DNA of 61,670 nucleotides, counting the filler, from Sphacelaria rigidula (Eukaryota): the NCBI GenBank assembly GCA_964200075.2. It is 6 parts of 6 records of this genome, joined end to end, with 100 filler letters (N's around TTAATTAATTAA, not from the genome) between each part and the next. Parts side by side here need not be neighbours in the genome. Positions count along the whole stretch, not along the records: positions 30,888 to 41,082 come from CAXNAA020006956.1; positions 41,183 to 51,377 come from CAXNAA020006957.1; 4 more parts are not named here. One strand, 5' to 3'. The position numbers and the translations under genes are program-made. The notes beneath the pieces were generated by a model. The model saw nothing but the letters and a program-made list of their open reading frames with translations, made no database searches and was not told the DNA's origin. Numbering within the stretch: position 1 is the stretch's first letter; each line of letters opens with the position of its first letter. This document shows positions 37,611-48,949 of this stretch, piece by piece.

Positions 37611-38269
37611 GCATCTTGATCAGTGTTTGGCAGATTCATGTGTGTCCCGATCGATGGAGACAACAAGGTAGCGATCACAATGATGGTACATCTAGACGAT
37701 GTTTTTGCCGTAGGGGATGAGGAAGGTGTGGCGGATTTGGTAAGCAACTGAACACAAATGTTCCAGTCCAAAATCTAGGAGAACTGCAGTGGCATTCGTG
37801 TATATATTACGAGAGAGATTTGGAGAGGGGGATCCTCATTGTTTCGCAACAGACTTTTGCATAGGAGTTGGCGGAGGAGTGCAATATATCATGGGGGAAT
37901 AAGATGCCTATGAGTACCAGTGTAAAGCTCGAGAATTCCAGTGAGGATGAGCAGAGCACGACGTTCCCACTCGGGAAATTGGTAGGGCCACTCATGTGGC
38001 CAGCAAACCAGACCAGACTGGACATTTGCAACGTAGTGAGAGCGGTAGCGAGATATTGCGCACCCCCGACTACTGCAGCGCATGCCCCCACTGATACTGT
38101 ATCTCCGGGTCCCTTTGTCGGTGCAACCTCGTCTCATGTGGCGTATTCCCCTACTGAGACGGTGCCTTCGCGTGCTTCTGCCGTCTCGAAGATGTCGGTC
38201 CCAATATGCAACCTTTTGAAGTTGCTTTCGAATTTGTCACATTTGATGCACTGCCCCTCCGCCCGACTT

Positions 38270-38785
38270 GGGGGTGGGGGGTCGGGTGTACTCATGATCT
38301 TGCATGCCATAGTCATCAGACCATCGACCTCGCATCCCTACAAAGCCGAGACGGAGCACGCCGGGTTTTTAGTCAATCACCAAGCGCGAAGCGCCGTGAT
38401 GCGCTCGGCGAGTCGCATGAAGAGTGAGCTGCATGCTGCTGAGATTTGTTCGGCCCGAAGCGTACCATTATAAGTATCTTGCATATGGATTGGTGCCTAC
38501 AATGAGTTGCTTCATTATCTGGTATCGCCACTTCTAGAGACAGCCATAGGTTACACGCTGCCTCATGGATGTATCGCCATCTAAACACTGCGTAGTACGA
38601 TCATCTCCTTTCCGCGGAGTCGGGTTCTCCATCCCACACAATATGATCTAGCTCGACGACCATCATGGTTACCGCAAAAAAAACACAATCGCGCAAAGAA
38701 GGGTAAGCTGGTTGCCTAGCTTACGCAGTGAGTGGCGTGTTAACAGCGTCGTTGCCAAGCGACGCCGACCCTCGAGGGGGGGCGG
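38270..38785 (-). mobile_element. Full-length (about 500 bp) copy of the poly-C-tailed repeat family
   Basis: GGGTGTACTCATGATC...CGACGCCGACCCTCGA with G-rich flanks on both sides; reverse complement of 10371-10860. Confidence 0.85.
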
Positions 38786-41082
38786 CTTGGTGGGGGGAGG
38801 GGGAAGGTTGAGGGATTACCTCATGAACCACCCGTTTAAAAGTAGTGCAATTGCTCACGTATCCGACCGTTGGCTCCCATCTGGATATTGCCCTGAGCGT
38901 AATCGATCCAGCATCAGCTATTGACTAACATAGCATCAATATGACTCCCCCCACCAGCCGGCGTATGCACCGACCTTGTGGTCTACCCAATCCGCGTGAC
39001 CAACGCCCTGCCGACCAAGAACCCTAAACGTGTGTACAGGGTGGTATATACCCGCACACACTACAACCCGACCCCACTTCACCATCACGGCATCTGCTGG
39101 CAACGAAACTGGGAACAAAATGATTTTGTCGGCCCACGGCTTGCTCCGTTCCACTACTCGTACCCATACAAACGACGGGAACGCGCCCGCGACCAAAATA
39201 ATCGGACTGAAATCCCCAACGATCGCGTGCTCGTGATCTTCTCCGTGTCCGTTCACACGATGATAAACGGACGAACCATCGCAGGGAACGCCGGCTCAAT
39301 CACATAGCACCTGCCTGCTGAACCCTACCGCCGAACACTCTCTTTAGCGCCGCTTCCTCCGTCAAAAGTATCGAGCGGGCGGTCAGAAAACATGTTCTGA
39401 AAAATAACATCAAACTGCCAACACTGACGCGGAAAACCCAGCCCTCGGTAAAACTTCTCATCCGAGAGGAAAACTCCCATTCCCAGGGGAAAAAAACTCC
39501 GCAGTGACGCCATTCGCCGCAACTAGACACAATCCTGTAAAACATCAAAGGAGGGGTGGAGGGGAAGAACTTAGAGCACAACTATTCTAGATGCTTTCAC
39601 TCGCTGATAGTCGCGCCACACCCGTCTCCCGGGTTTCACAAACCTCGAACTTGAACCCCTTAGACCGCGAGGGTAGTCCGTCTGGATCATGCATATTTTT
39701 TTCATGTGAAATTGATGACGATTCAACAGATAACCTACTCTCGCCGTGTCAGGGTTAACCCTTTGACAGACAGGGTAGGCCATGCGGGTTACGCAGTCAT
39801 TTTCAAGCGAAAGTGATGTCGATTCAACAGATGACCTACCCTGACGGCCAAGGGGACCATTGTTGTCACTTCGAAGGTGGGTGCACTTGCTCTTGTATGT
39901 TGCTGCTTCTACCATGCTGTATCCGTTCCACCTGACTCATCACACAGACAATCGTTCAGGCCAATGTGTGCTGAATTGGCTTTTTAGAATTTTCAACCAC
40001 CGTACGTGAACACCTGGGAACAATCTACCCGCTCCTGCACAAAAAATCGATTCTCCCCGAACACAGAATCGGATCTTTTCGGCAACGTGACGGTCACACA
40101 CTTCGAAACCGTCACGTTGAAAACTCGACACATGAGTCGAGCCAGTCTTGAGTCGCGGCAAATCGAGCCATGGTTTCAAAAATATTCGGGAGAATACGGC
40201 ACCACTCACTCGGGAGACTACAGCAGATTCCAATGGTTTCCGTCTCTTGGACCGTAGGCAGCGACCCCGCCGAAGGTGAACTGAGATGGACTATGCTACA
40301 TTTGGGGTACAGAACAGCTCTTTTCTCGCTACACAAAACTTTTTGTTCATCATCATGTGGATGCTGGGCCTCTATACACAAAATATTTCTGGAGAACCTC
40401 TGACCGGTTTCGACCGTGCAGTCAATAGCTCAGAGTCAGTGTGGGTGCGGTATGTCTCCGCTGGATACAACGGCAAGAAATAGACAGTGTGCCATCGCTC
40501 TCCACTGAACACAATTTACCGCATGCTGCTGATGCCTCTGCTTAGTGTTCAACAACAACACTACAGACAGTGTGAAGCAATGCCGGCAACATACAACAAG
40601 CGGCACAGGCCTCGAGCAGAGTACAAAATACTTTATTCGTACCCATCATGTCATCTATGGTTGAACTGCCATGAACTGAATGATATATGCCAGTGGATAG
40701 CGAAGTAGTCCACCTGTAGGAGAACTACGTGCTTATTTTGACGGCCGTGATTGGTCAAAATGGTCATTCCGCGCCTTCCGGGCCTCGTTCATGACTTAGA
40801 ATCTTCCGCGGGAATCTCCCAAAGACACATGATTGACTTGGTGAGCCTTTTGGCTGCTCTGCGGACGGACCTCCCCCCCCCCCTCCCTCAAAAACCACCC
40901 CCGGCGGCCACTGGAAACCCCCGAATGTCACCAGATTGTCAGCCTGTGAAAATGTTCCGAGACGACGCTCGCTGTCCAAGGGTCAAGGGTCGTTTTCAAC
41001 GGGATTTTTTTTTTTCTCAGACTTTTCGACTTTTTCTGAATTTTTTCTGACTTTTCCTTTTTCTTTTTCTTCTAAAAAATAC

Positions 41083-41182
41083 NNNNNNNNNNNNNNNNNN
41101 NNNNNNNNNNNNNNNNNNNNNNNNNNTTAATTAATTAANNNNNNNNNNNNNNNNNNNNNNNNNNNNNNNNNNNNNNNNNNNN
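41083..41182. other. Artificial contig spacer
   Basis: N44-TTAATTAATTAA-N44. Confidence 0.98.
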
Positions 41183-41282
41183 TTCCCCTGGGCGGGGGGG
41201 GCGCGCTCATTCTCTCTTTTGGGGCCCCCTGCAAGCCCCCGGCCCCACTACGGGCCCCCCCCCCCCCCCCCCCCCCTCCGTG

Positions 41283-41461
41283 TTGAAAGGGATGCATGTT
41301 CAATGGCCAAATGCGTAAGGTAAGGAACAAATGAGTAAGCCCCCCTCCCCCCAAAAGTCGAGTCTGGTCCGGCGGAACCCCGGCGAGCTCCGTCTCGGCT
41401 TTGTAGGGATGCACGGTCAATGATCTAATGACAACGGCATGCAAGATCATGAGTACACCCT
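41283..41461 (+). mobile_element. Two short 5'-truncated copies of the poly-C-tailed family
   Basis: They end in ATGAGTAAGCCCCC (about 41345) and ATGAGTACACCC (41460) and follow a long C-run at about 41254-41276. Confidence 0.75.
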
Positions 41462-41520
41462 GAAATTATCTACTGTTGGCGACGATGTGGTGCGTTCCCG
41501 GGATAATGGCGATAGCGCAG

Positions 41521-44023
41521 GTCGAGAGGGCATCTGTTCAGGCTATCGGTGGAAGAGAAGAAAGGTGTTCTTCGATCGAGCGGGGTGAAGCCGCCGAGGA
41601 AACGCGCCATGTCCGGGGTAGAGATGAAGGACAATCGAGACCTGGAGGACATGTTGCTCCCTTTGATGGATGAAGTGGTAAGTTTCCTTCAGCTCGCGTT
41701 GGAGACCTCCCGAAAAAGGGGAGTTGCCACATGTTGCCGTTGTTTTGTTTTGTTGTTTACATAGTCGGTGCCGCCTTCCGACATGATGCAGAGGAGGTCT
41801 CGTAAGAAAATGATTTCGAGCTGACCTGGTGTGTCGTGTTGGTCAGGTAAGCAATAAAGCTGGTGAAGTAGTTGTTGTCTCACAGTCGATTGCTGGCGAT
41901 GGAAATGACCTATCAAGGGTCACCAGAGGCGCATCATCGGTAGAAGAATCCACCGCGCGCAACGATAACTTTTTATTTTATTTTATAATCTGTAACTTTG
42001 TTGTTGCTGAACCGACGGAGGTATTAACGTGCTGCATACGTCCCCTGAGTCGCACTTGTTCGAGTCATACTCTCGTCATATCGGCACAATGAGAACGAGT
42101 CGGACTCGTGTAGTGTGTACTGCCTGTGATACGGGGAACATGAGGCCGAGTGTCACCCAAATTATCCGATGCCTTATCGTCAAAACTGTGCGGGTCTGAG
42201 TCGAGTCATGCCATCGAATCGTGAAAAATGAGGATCGGCGTGACTCACATCATGGGAATCACATAGGATGATATGGACGGGCATGGCGTGGGGCATGCGA
42301 ATCAAATGGTGGACAAGATGAAGATGAGTCTCACTCGTGTCATACGGGAAAAATGCGCCCATATTCCAGCGAGTTGGGTTCCCACGAAAGTCGGACGTGG
42401 GGGTGTTTGTAGAGAGAATAAAACACAACACTGGTTTGAGAGTAAAATACCGACCACTTGATCTCTTTTTGTTGTGCCGACCCTGTAACCCTCTGAGTTA
42501 CTGCAGATGGACAGCCAACTTTATTCTGAGAGTCCTTTCTCAAGTTAACATGATGCCATTGCAGCAAACCGGCAGACGTGGACTGTGTGTTGCCATCTCA
42601 TCTATTCTGGACGCCAGTCTACACCTTTCGGTATATATGGGCGCATCAGCCGGGGTCACACAGGAGGGAGGTCAACGCAGGGGTTTCCCCCCTGTTTTTT
42701 TATTTTATTTTCGGCCTCTACCTTCCTCCTGCGGTGCTTGCCTTCCTTTTCATCGCGAGAAGGGTTCAGCGGCCCCTTTCCCTCGTTGACCGTGGAGTCG
42801 AAATGTACCCGCGACGCAGTAGTCGCTCTCCACTGTTGTGCATTATGTGAGAAAAAATCCCAGATCGTGTGACTTCACCGATATTCGAATCCAGGTCCCG
42901 ACCGTCAGAAGGGATTTGAGGTGACCAATTTATCCACCGGGGCGACCGGCTCAAAACTATAAAAGAGGTGAAGTGGTGTCAAACAGGTGAATTGGTTCCG
43001 CCGCGTGGGCGTTATATGTGTTATTTGCTTTTCGATCGTGCGATTATGTTCACAGGTCCGACGAGATGTCCTGCTGGCGCGAGCGTGGCGATCACGTGAC
43101 TTCGAAAAGGCAAACGAACTGTGCGCCGGCAAAAGCGAGCGCTACGTCCTCGCGGAGCAAATTCAAACGGTGAGAAGTGAGAAGTGAAGCGATTGATTGA
43201 ACACTCACTTTCTTATTGGATACGCAACGCGTCATTAGTAATACTCGCCAAATACCGTATAGGATAGATATATCCATTCCCATACATCAAAAGCGTTGTT
43301 GCTTGCTTTGACTCAGCTGCCTCTCAAACGCCGCGCAACCCGGGGACGAGCTCATACGTTCGCGACGTGCACGCCGTTTTGTTTTTTACTATACACTGAA
43401 TGTACGGGGGGTCGGTTTATGTGGTGAATATGGTGCCTCTAAGACCTCCAACAGCTCGGGGATGCAACTCGTCCCCCTCCCCCTCCTCACTCCTACATGG
43501 CGAGACACCTGTGAGGCAGTGTGTAACCCCTGGCTGTCTCTGGAAGTGATGCTTCCAGAAGACGACGCGACTCATTCGAGGCTGTCATCCATACGCAAGA
43601 TGATCGGCACACTTCGGGCCGAACAATCTCAGCAGGATGCAGCCCACCCTTCATGCGACTCGCTGAACACACCACGGCGCTTCGCGCTTGGTGATTGATT
43701 GCAAGCCTGATCCGGCGAAAACCCGGCGTCCTCCGCCCCGGCTTTGTAGGGATGCGAGGTCAAGGGGCTTTTGAGTACGGCATGCAAGCTCATGAGTATA
43801 CCCTTCCTCGCCCCTTTTCTATGGTTGCCTCTTTTGCGTGGTTCGACAGGCTCTACAAGATCGAGATGAGGAGTTGGTCACGATTCTCAGGGAACGCATG
43901 GAGATACTGGACAGCTGCAAGATGGACCTCACACAGGATGAGGGATCGTACCAGAAGGATTTGGACGCTGATGAGTGGTACATTGCCAATAGGCGTCGTG
44001 CCATGTCGAAAAAGAAGGAGTAG
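41521..44023 (+). CDS. 3' end (3 exons) of a protein of unknown function, 5'-partial
   Basis: join(<41521-41677,43056-43169,43850-44023), in frame, with strong sites (GTAAGT, GTGAGA; CACAG, GACAG). Helical charged sequence ending DLTQDEGSYQKDLDADEWYIANRRRAMSKKKE*. Confidence 0.78.
42533..42949 (-). mobile_element. tRNA-derived SINE (about 420 bp) in an intron; related fragment at about 46097-46155
   Basis: Minus-strand head GGTCGCCCCGGTGGATAAATTGG (A-box-like) ... GGATTCGAATATC (B-box-like). The body segment ATCTATT..GACGCCAGTCT.CACCTTTCGGTATAT recurs near 46100. Confidence 0.65.
43497..43815 (+). mobile_element. 5'-truncated copy of the poly-C-tailed family, ending about 35-50 nt before a host 3' splice site
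   Basis: Aligns to 10575-10850; preceded by CCCCCTCCCCCTCC and ends CATGAGTATACCC. Confidence 0.85.
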
Positions 44024-44919
44024 ATGCCCCCACTGTACTGTCTGTGTGACGTTATCTTTCCCTTGTTCAAGTGTTGCGTTCTGTTCGGTGTGCGAGCATC
44101 TCTGTGTGGTTTGTGCTTGACTTGTGTGCGTGTATCCTGTGTGCGAGTTTTGTATGTATGCGTTCTGACGTGAATTTGTATGAAGCATACTTGGAGTCCT
44201 GCCCTTTTTACGGCACAGTACAGCAAGAGTGCAGTAGCCCAACAGATACAATGCCACATTACAGCAAGTGTACAAACAAACAAACAATGAAGGTCTATAG
44301 TGCCCTCTTAGCAAGCAATGAGCGTGGCTTGCGCGCTGTGATTCTGGGGCTGTCCTGGGAGGTTGCGACGGGCTATCTTGCGCGCGCGCGCCATCATAAT
44401 TTGGTATACTTTGACGCTGCAGGGTTTATATAAAATACGGGCTAGCTTATTGCTTCATCCTTGCGCCTGTGGAATAGGTTTCTGAACTTGTCTGATGTTT
44501 TCCTCATGGCGTGTGTCACAAAAAAAGTTCGAGTACGGCAGTGGTTACCCGAAAGCAGGCCCACGGTAATGACATTTCTCGTTTTCTTGATGGGCTCGCG
44601 GGAAAAAGCTGGTGTAACCCCCCGTCTTGCCCCCTAGGAGCAGATCTATTTGTTGTGTATTCGTCACTCATAACCCAGGCATCCAAGATTATTCGACACC
44701 AAAGCATATACCATAAAATGTACTTGTATATATGCTGAAAATTCGGTGTTTCGGGTACTTGGTTCTGAGGTCCATGCCGTGTACAGCGCCTTTTCTAAAC
44801 ACGCTAAAAGCGTACTCCCGGTGCTGAAGGTCCTTGTTTCCTTGAGTGCTTCATGGCTGACGCTCTTGCGCTGTGGAGTAATCTCCATTGGGGAAATCAT
44901 TTCCATCTTGGGTATCATA

Positions 44920-45190
44920 TTTCATCTGACGTATACATCTCGGATATCCATCCGGCACGTCCGTCTGGAACGTACATGTGGGACACTCATCCGAGACATC
45001 CACTTGGCACATGTATCTGGTGCAACGATCTGGGACATGCATCTAGGAAATCCATCAGGGACACCAATCTTCATCCATTTGGGCCATCCATCTGGGGTAG
45101 TCCATGTGAATGATAACTCCTACATGGATCTGAGATATCAGACGGATATCCCAGATGCGTATCCCAGGTAGACATCCCATACGGATACTG
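44920..45190. repeat. Degenerate minisatellite of about 12-bp units (CATCTGGGACAT-like)
   Basis: Recurrent CATC(C/T)GG/GGACA motifs at roughly 12-bp spacing. Confidence 0.6.
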
Positions 45191-48130
45191 TATCCGATGT
45201 ATATTCATGAGTATCCCAGATGATTCTTGTTTACCACACTCATGCAGTTCGCACGAACTCATGCATGTGTTCATGTGGGTACTCATTCCTCACCTCCACC
45301 CCCTATAGCGCCTCCGCCGCGGCCTTCGCGCAAAAGCCACCTGTACTGTCTACCAAGTTAAATTCTGTGGTTGGCTTATCCCCGTCGTGGCCGCTAACTT
45401 GTCGTAAGTAAAAGATGGGATTATAATTCCAAGTTCACGCTTCACGAAGTAAATGTGATTTCTGCTCCGGAAAAAAAATCGACTGACCGGTTTTTTGCGA
45501 CTCGATTTTTGCGACTTGATTTTGCGATTTTTTTTCTTCATTTCCCACTCTAAAACCCCTATTGATTTCGATTTTTTGGGGAGAATTTTTCAAACAGAAA
45601 AAAACGCATCCTGCTTCAAGGGGCACCTGGACACACAGCAGTTGCTGTTGCCAATCTAGTATTATCCTTCAAATCAAAATCTTGAGTGAGAACGCCCAGC
45701 GTGCAGCTGCTTGACGCGACCACTGCGTTCTGCCACGGAACCTTCCCCACGTACCCGACAAGGGGGCAACATCCCCGTACAGAGAGAAGCAATGCTAGCG
45801 GATCCTACGTCCTGACGGTCTGCCAGTCTAGCAGCCGGCAAGGTGGGTATGGTAGTATTCTTCTAGCGATCTCAACTTACAGTGCACTGGAGCACAGTTG
45901 GCAGGTGAATATTTCGACGATTGCCTCACCTGCAGTTTGCCAAGATGTTGCGGATTTTTTCACGATCTCACTGAGTAACATTACATGCGGAAATGTACCA
46001 GACCCTGCATTATATGTGGAAATGTATCAGACGCTGGACAAAGATTTCTACAGTCAGCACGGTCACGATGATGTTGAAAGCATACTGCGCACAGTGTGTC
46101 CCATCTATTCGAGACGCCAGTCTCCACCTTTCGGTATATGTGGACGCACCAGCCGCGGCTGAGTTACCATACAGCTTTCCCCAAGATACAGGGGGCCATT
46201 TCAACGGCGGAGGCGGCCTTTCACTCCTGCGTGCGCCACCGGGACAAACACACGCTGTAGCTGCAACGCGAACAGCTTTACAAAATGTGGCGTGGCGATA
46301 TGGCGCGTAGTGAGGGGTGATATCCCGTGTACACGTTGGCTACAGGTACAAGCGGCTGCGTTCATGTTGTGGCGAACTGCATAGGACAGCGCGAAATCAA
46401 TGCGGGACAGGGATAGGCTAAGGGTGTGACGTCCTGCGGCGTGCTTTGTCACCCTGCACCCCGCCGCTGTGCAGTGCGAGCAAGTACCGCCGACGGCGTC
46501 ACGCTGCGGTTGGTACGCAGTGTACGCAATGTTGAACACAGCAGCAAGCAGCATATTTTATGTACGAATACGGATGTGTGTTCTAAGACCGATGCGCGCA
46601 CACACAGCAACTACTATCGCCATTATTCGTCGATCAGGGGGGTACCCCCCTCCTCTCCTACGGCCCCAGAATGAGGTTTGGGCGACCTGGGGGGTGGTGC
46701 CGGCATTTCCCGATATGGGGCCCCTCGGCCCAGCGTGCAGCTGCTTGACGCTTGACGCTGTTTCCTGTCTGCCCGAGAAACAGCAGTTTGCAACTTGTAG
46801 TCTATGGCATACCGGGAAGCAAGTACGTGTACTCGAAGACAGGCATGATGATGGCTGGGACTAGTGCGGGACGACCTATTAATAGCGGGAATTTGCCGGG
46901 AAACGGCTCGCGTCTCAGCGCCGGTCTGCGGGGGGCTGTGAGTGTAGGGCGACGGCGATAACACAAACACGGTTCATGGTCCAATACAACTCTACGCTTC
47001 CGTGCAACGACACATCCCCATACCCCGGGTGCACGCGGCACACCTTCATTTTAAAGCCACTTCTAACAAGGGTCAGCCGAGACCACTCCGGTTTCACCGC
47101 CGCAATCCAAGACCGCAACGTCACAAACACCGAAATAAATTAAAGTTGGAAGCGCCCTGGGCACAGGACAATATATTCATATGAGAATGCGACGATCGAC
47201 CGATCGAATCAATGAACTAATTCATTAACACGTCGGGATATTGAATCAGAACAACTCACACCAATCACCTATTATTAGGTATATATAGTGAAAAAAAGTA
47301 GCTTGCGGCATGTTGCGACACGCTAAACCCATCTGTTGGATACCATCCTGACCAACATCCCCCTCTCAAAACCCGGTAATATCGCCCCGTACTCGTAAGC
47401 CGGCAGCATCCTGCGGTATATTCTAGCAGTGCATGAACGCGGAACCAAGTTAAAAGCACTCAGCGCTCAGCAACGTTGTACGGTGTGCGTCTTGGATCTA
47501 TCGCAGATACTCGACACCCCCCCCCCCCCCCCAATTTTGGATGGTGATCCCCACGTACAATCAGTACTCCCATCTGTAGTACTTTGAAGAAGAAACCGAA
47601 CAACGCTATCGACATATTCCGGTGTTGACCGTGCACAACGTTGCCCCTCGGAACGTACTGCCAATCCCGTCGTTGAAACGAACACGCCAACAACTACAAA
47701 CGCTCCGACGTCGGCATGAATAATCTTGATGACCAAAACTCTAGCAACGGATCAGAAACATAACAAAGGTGACGGCGTGTCCGATGATGCGCATGCAATA
47801 CATCCGCGACTGTGAAGGACAATGCTACTAAAACTAGAGCAGCGCGCCCGACGTCCTGAGGTGCGCACCGCAAGCACCACCCCACCTAGTACAGGCATAC
47901 GATGTATCGACAACGACACCCACGACCCCCAATAAATAGCACACCCTTGCTGATCGCACGTCTAGTTGGGCTTATCCTAGTTGGAACATGATACATGTAT
48001 CTTCTGTACTACGGGACACCTCAACACATGTTCGCACGTTCATACACGGCACTGCATTCTACAAAACCGCCACTCACCACCGTACATAAATCACCGAAAT
48101 CCCGAGACAACACACGCAACATGCAACCCA

Positions 48131-48450
48131 CCATTTCCACAGCACCGCCGATAGTGTACATGTCAACCGGAACGCATTATCGGTTGTCCCCCGATCAGAT
48201 TACTCCGTCTCGAAAGGGATGCGAGGTCAAAGGTCACACGACAAAGGCAAGCAAAAAATGCGTACCCCCCCCCGCCCCAGCCCCGCACCCCCCCATTTCC
48301 ATAGCACCGGTGATACCGTACATACCAACCGATACGCATTATCGGTTGTCACCCGATCAGATTACTCCGTCTCGAAAGGGATACATGATCAACGGTCAAA
48401 CGACTGAGGCAAGAAAAAAATGTGTACCCCCTCCCCGGCCCTCGGCCCCC
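48131..48450 (+). repeat. Two tandem units of about 162 bp ending in a diverged version of the poly-C family 3' end (subfamily B)
   Basis: Units start at 48131 and 48293. Both contain ACGCATTATCGGTTGTC.CCCGATCAGATTACTCCGTCTCGAAAGGGAT and end ATG(C/T)GTACCCCC; similar to 12083-12168. Confidence 0.85.
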
Positions 48451-48949
48451 CCGATCAGAGCACAGCCGACGCTCAACTCCCTTAACCTCCAGGTGTCAAT
48501 TTCTTGTTAATGCACATGCACTGCGGAGCTCCGGTAACCTGGTTTTTTCATGTACCGGTACTTTTGCAATTCTCCTGCATTAAACACACTTGGTAGTTTG
48601 CAGCCAAAGGACCCCAAGTATGTCTACCTGTTGCATCGAGCTTGTGCTCGCTTGAAAATTAATACCAAGCATTCAGGGTGTCTAACTTGGGGGCGCTCGA
48701 GGTGCAAGATATCGTGGCAACGCCGATCGCTTCCTTCGCTGGTCGCGACATGATTGATGCTCTGTGAGAAAAGCATAGCTCGGGGGTGCTCGCGTCTTTC
48801 CCAAACAATGCGACACTCTTTCCAAATATGACACACGGCCTTGTACTAACAAACAGCAAACAGTATGGAGAATCACTGTTTTACATAGAATGGCAAAAAT
48901 AGAAAAAGAGCTGGTCAAAAGCCTGAACAGTCATGGCCACTACCCACTA

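Larger units (their letters stand above)
34748..38075 (+). mobile_element. Decayed, rearranged Ty1/Copia retrotransposon: PPT, LTR (about 34757-35518), PBS-like site, gag-like ORF, RT fragment
   Basis: PPT-like GAAGGGGCAG at 34748; ...AATACA|GGTTTGAGCACAGT resembles the Copia GGTTATGGGCCCAG PBS; gag-like ORF from about 35596, broken by stops. RT fragment 37620-38075 with frameshifts: ADSCV, MVHLDDVF, LGELQW, VSQQTFA, LVGPLMW.ANQTRLDICNVVRAVARYC. Confidence 0.75.

Noticed and set aside
9005-41521. Phase-compatible splice from exon 8959-9005 to exon 41521
   Set aside because: It crosses four spacers and other genes; coincidental.
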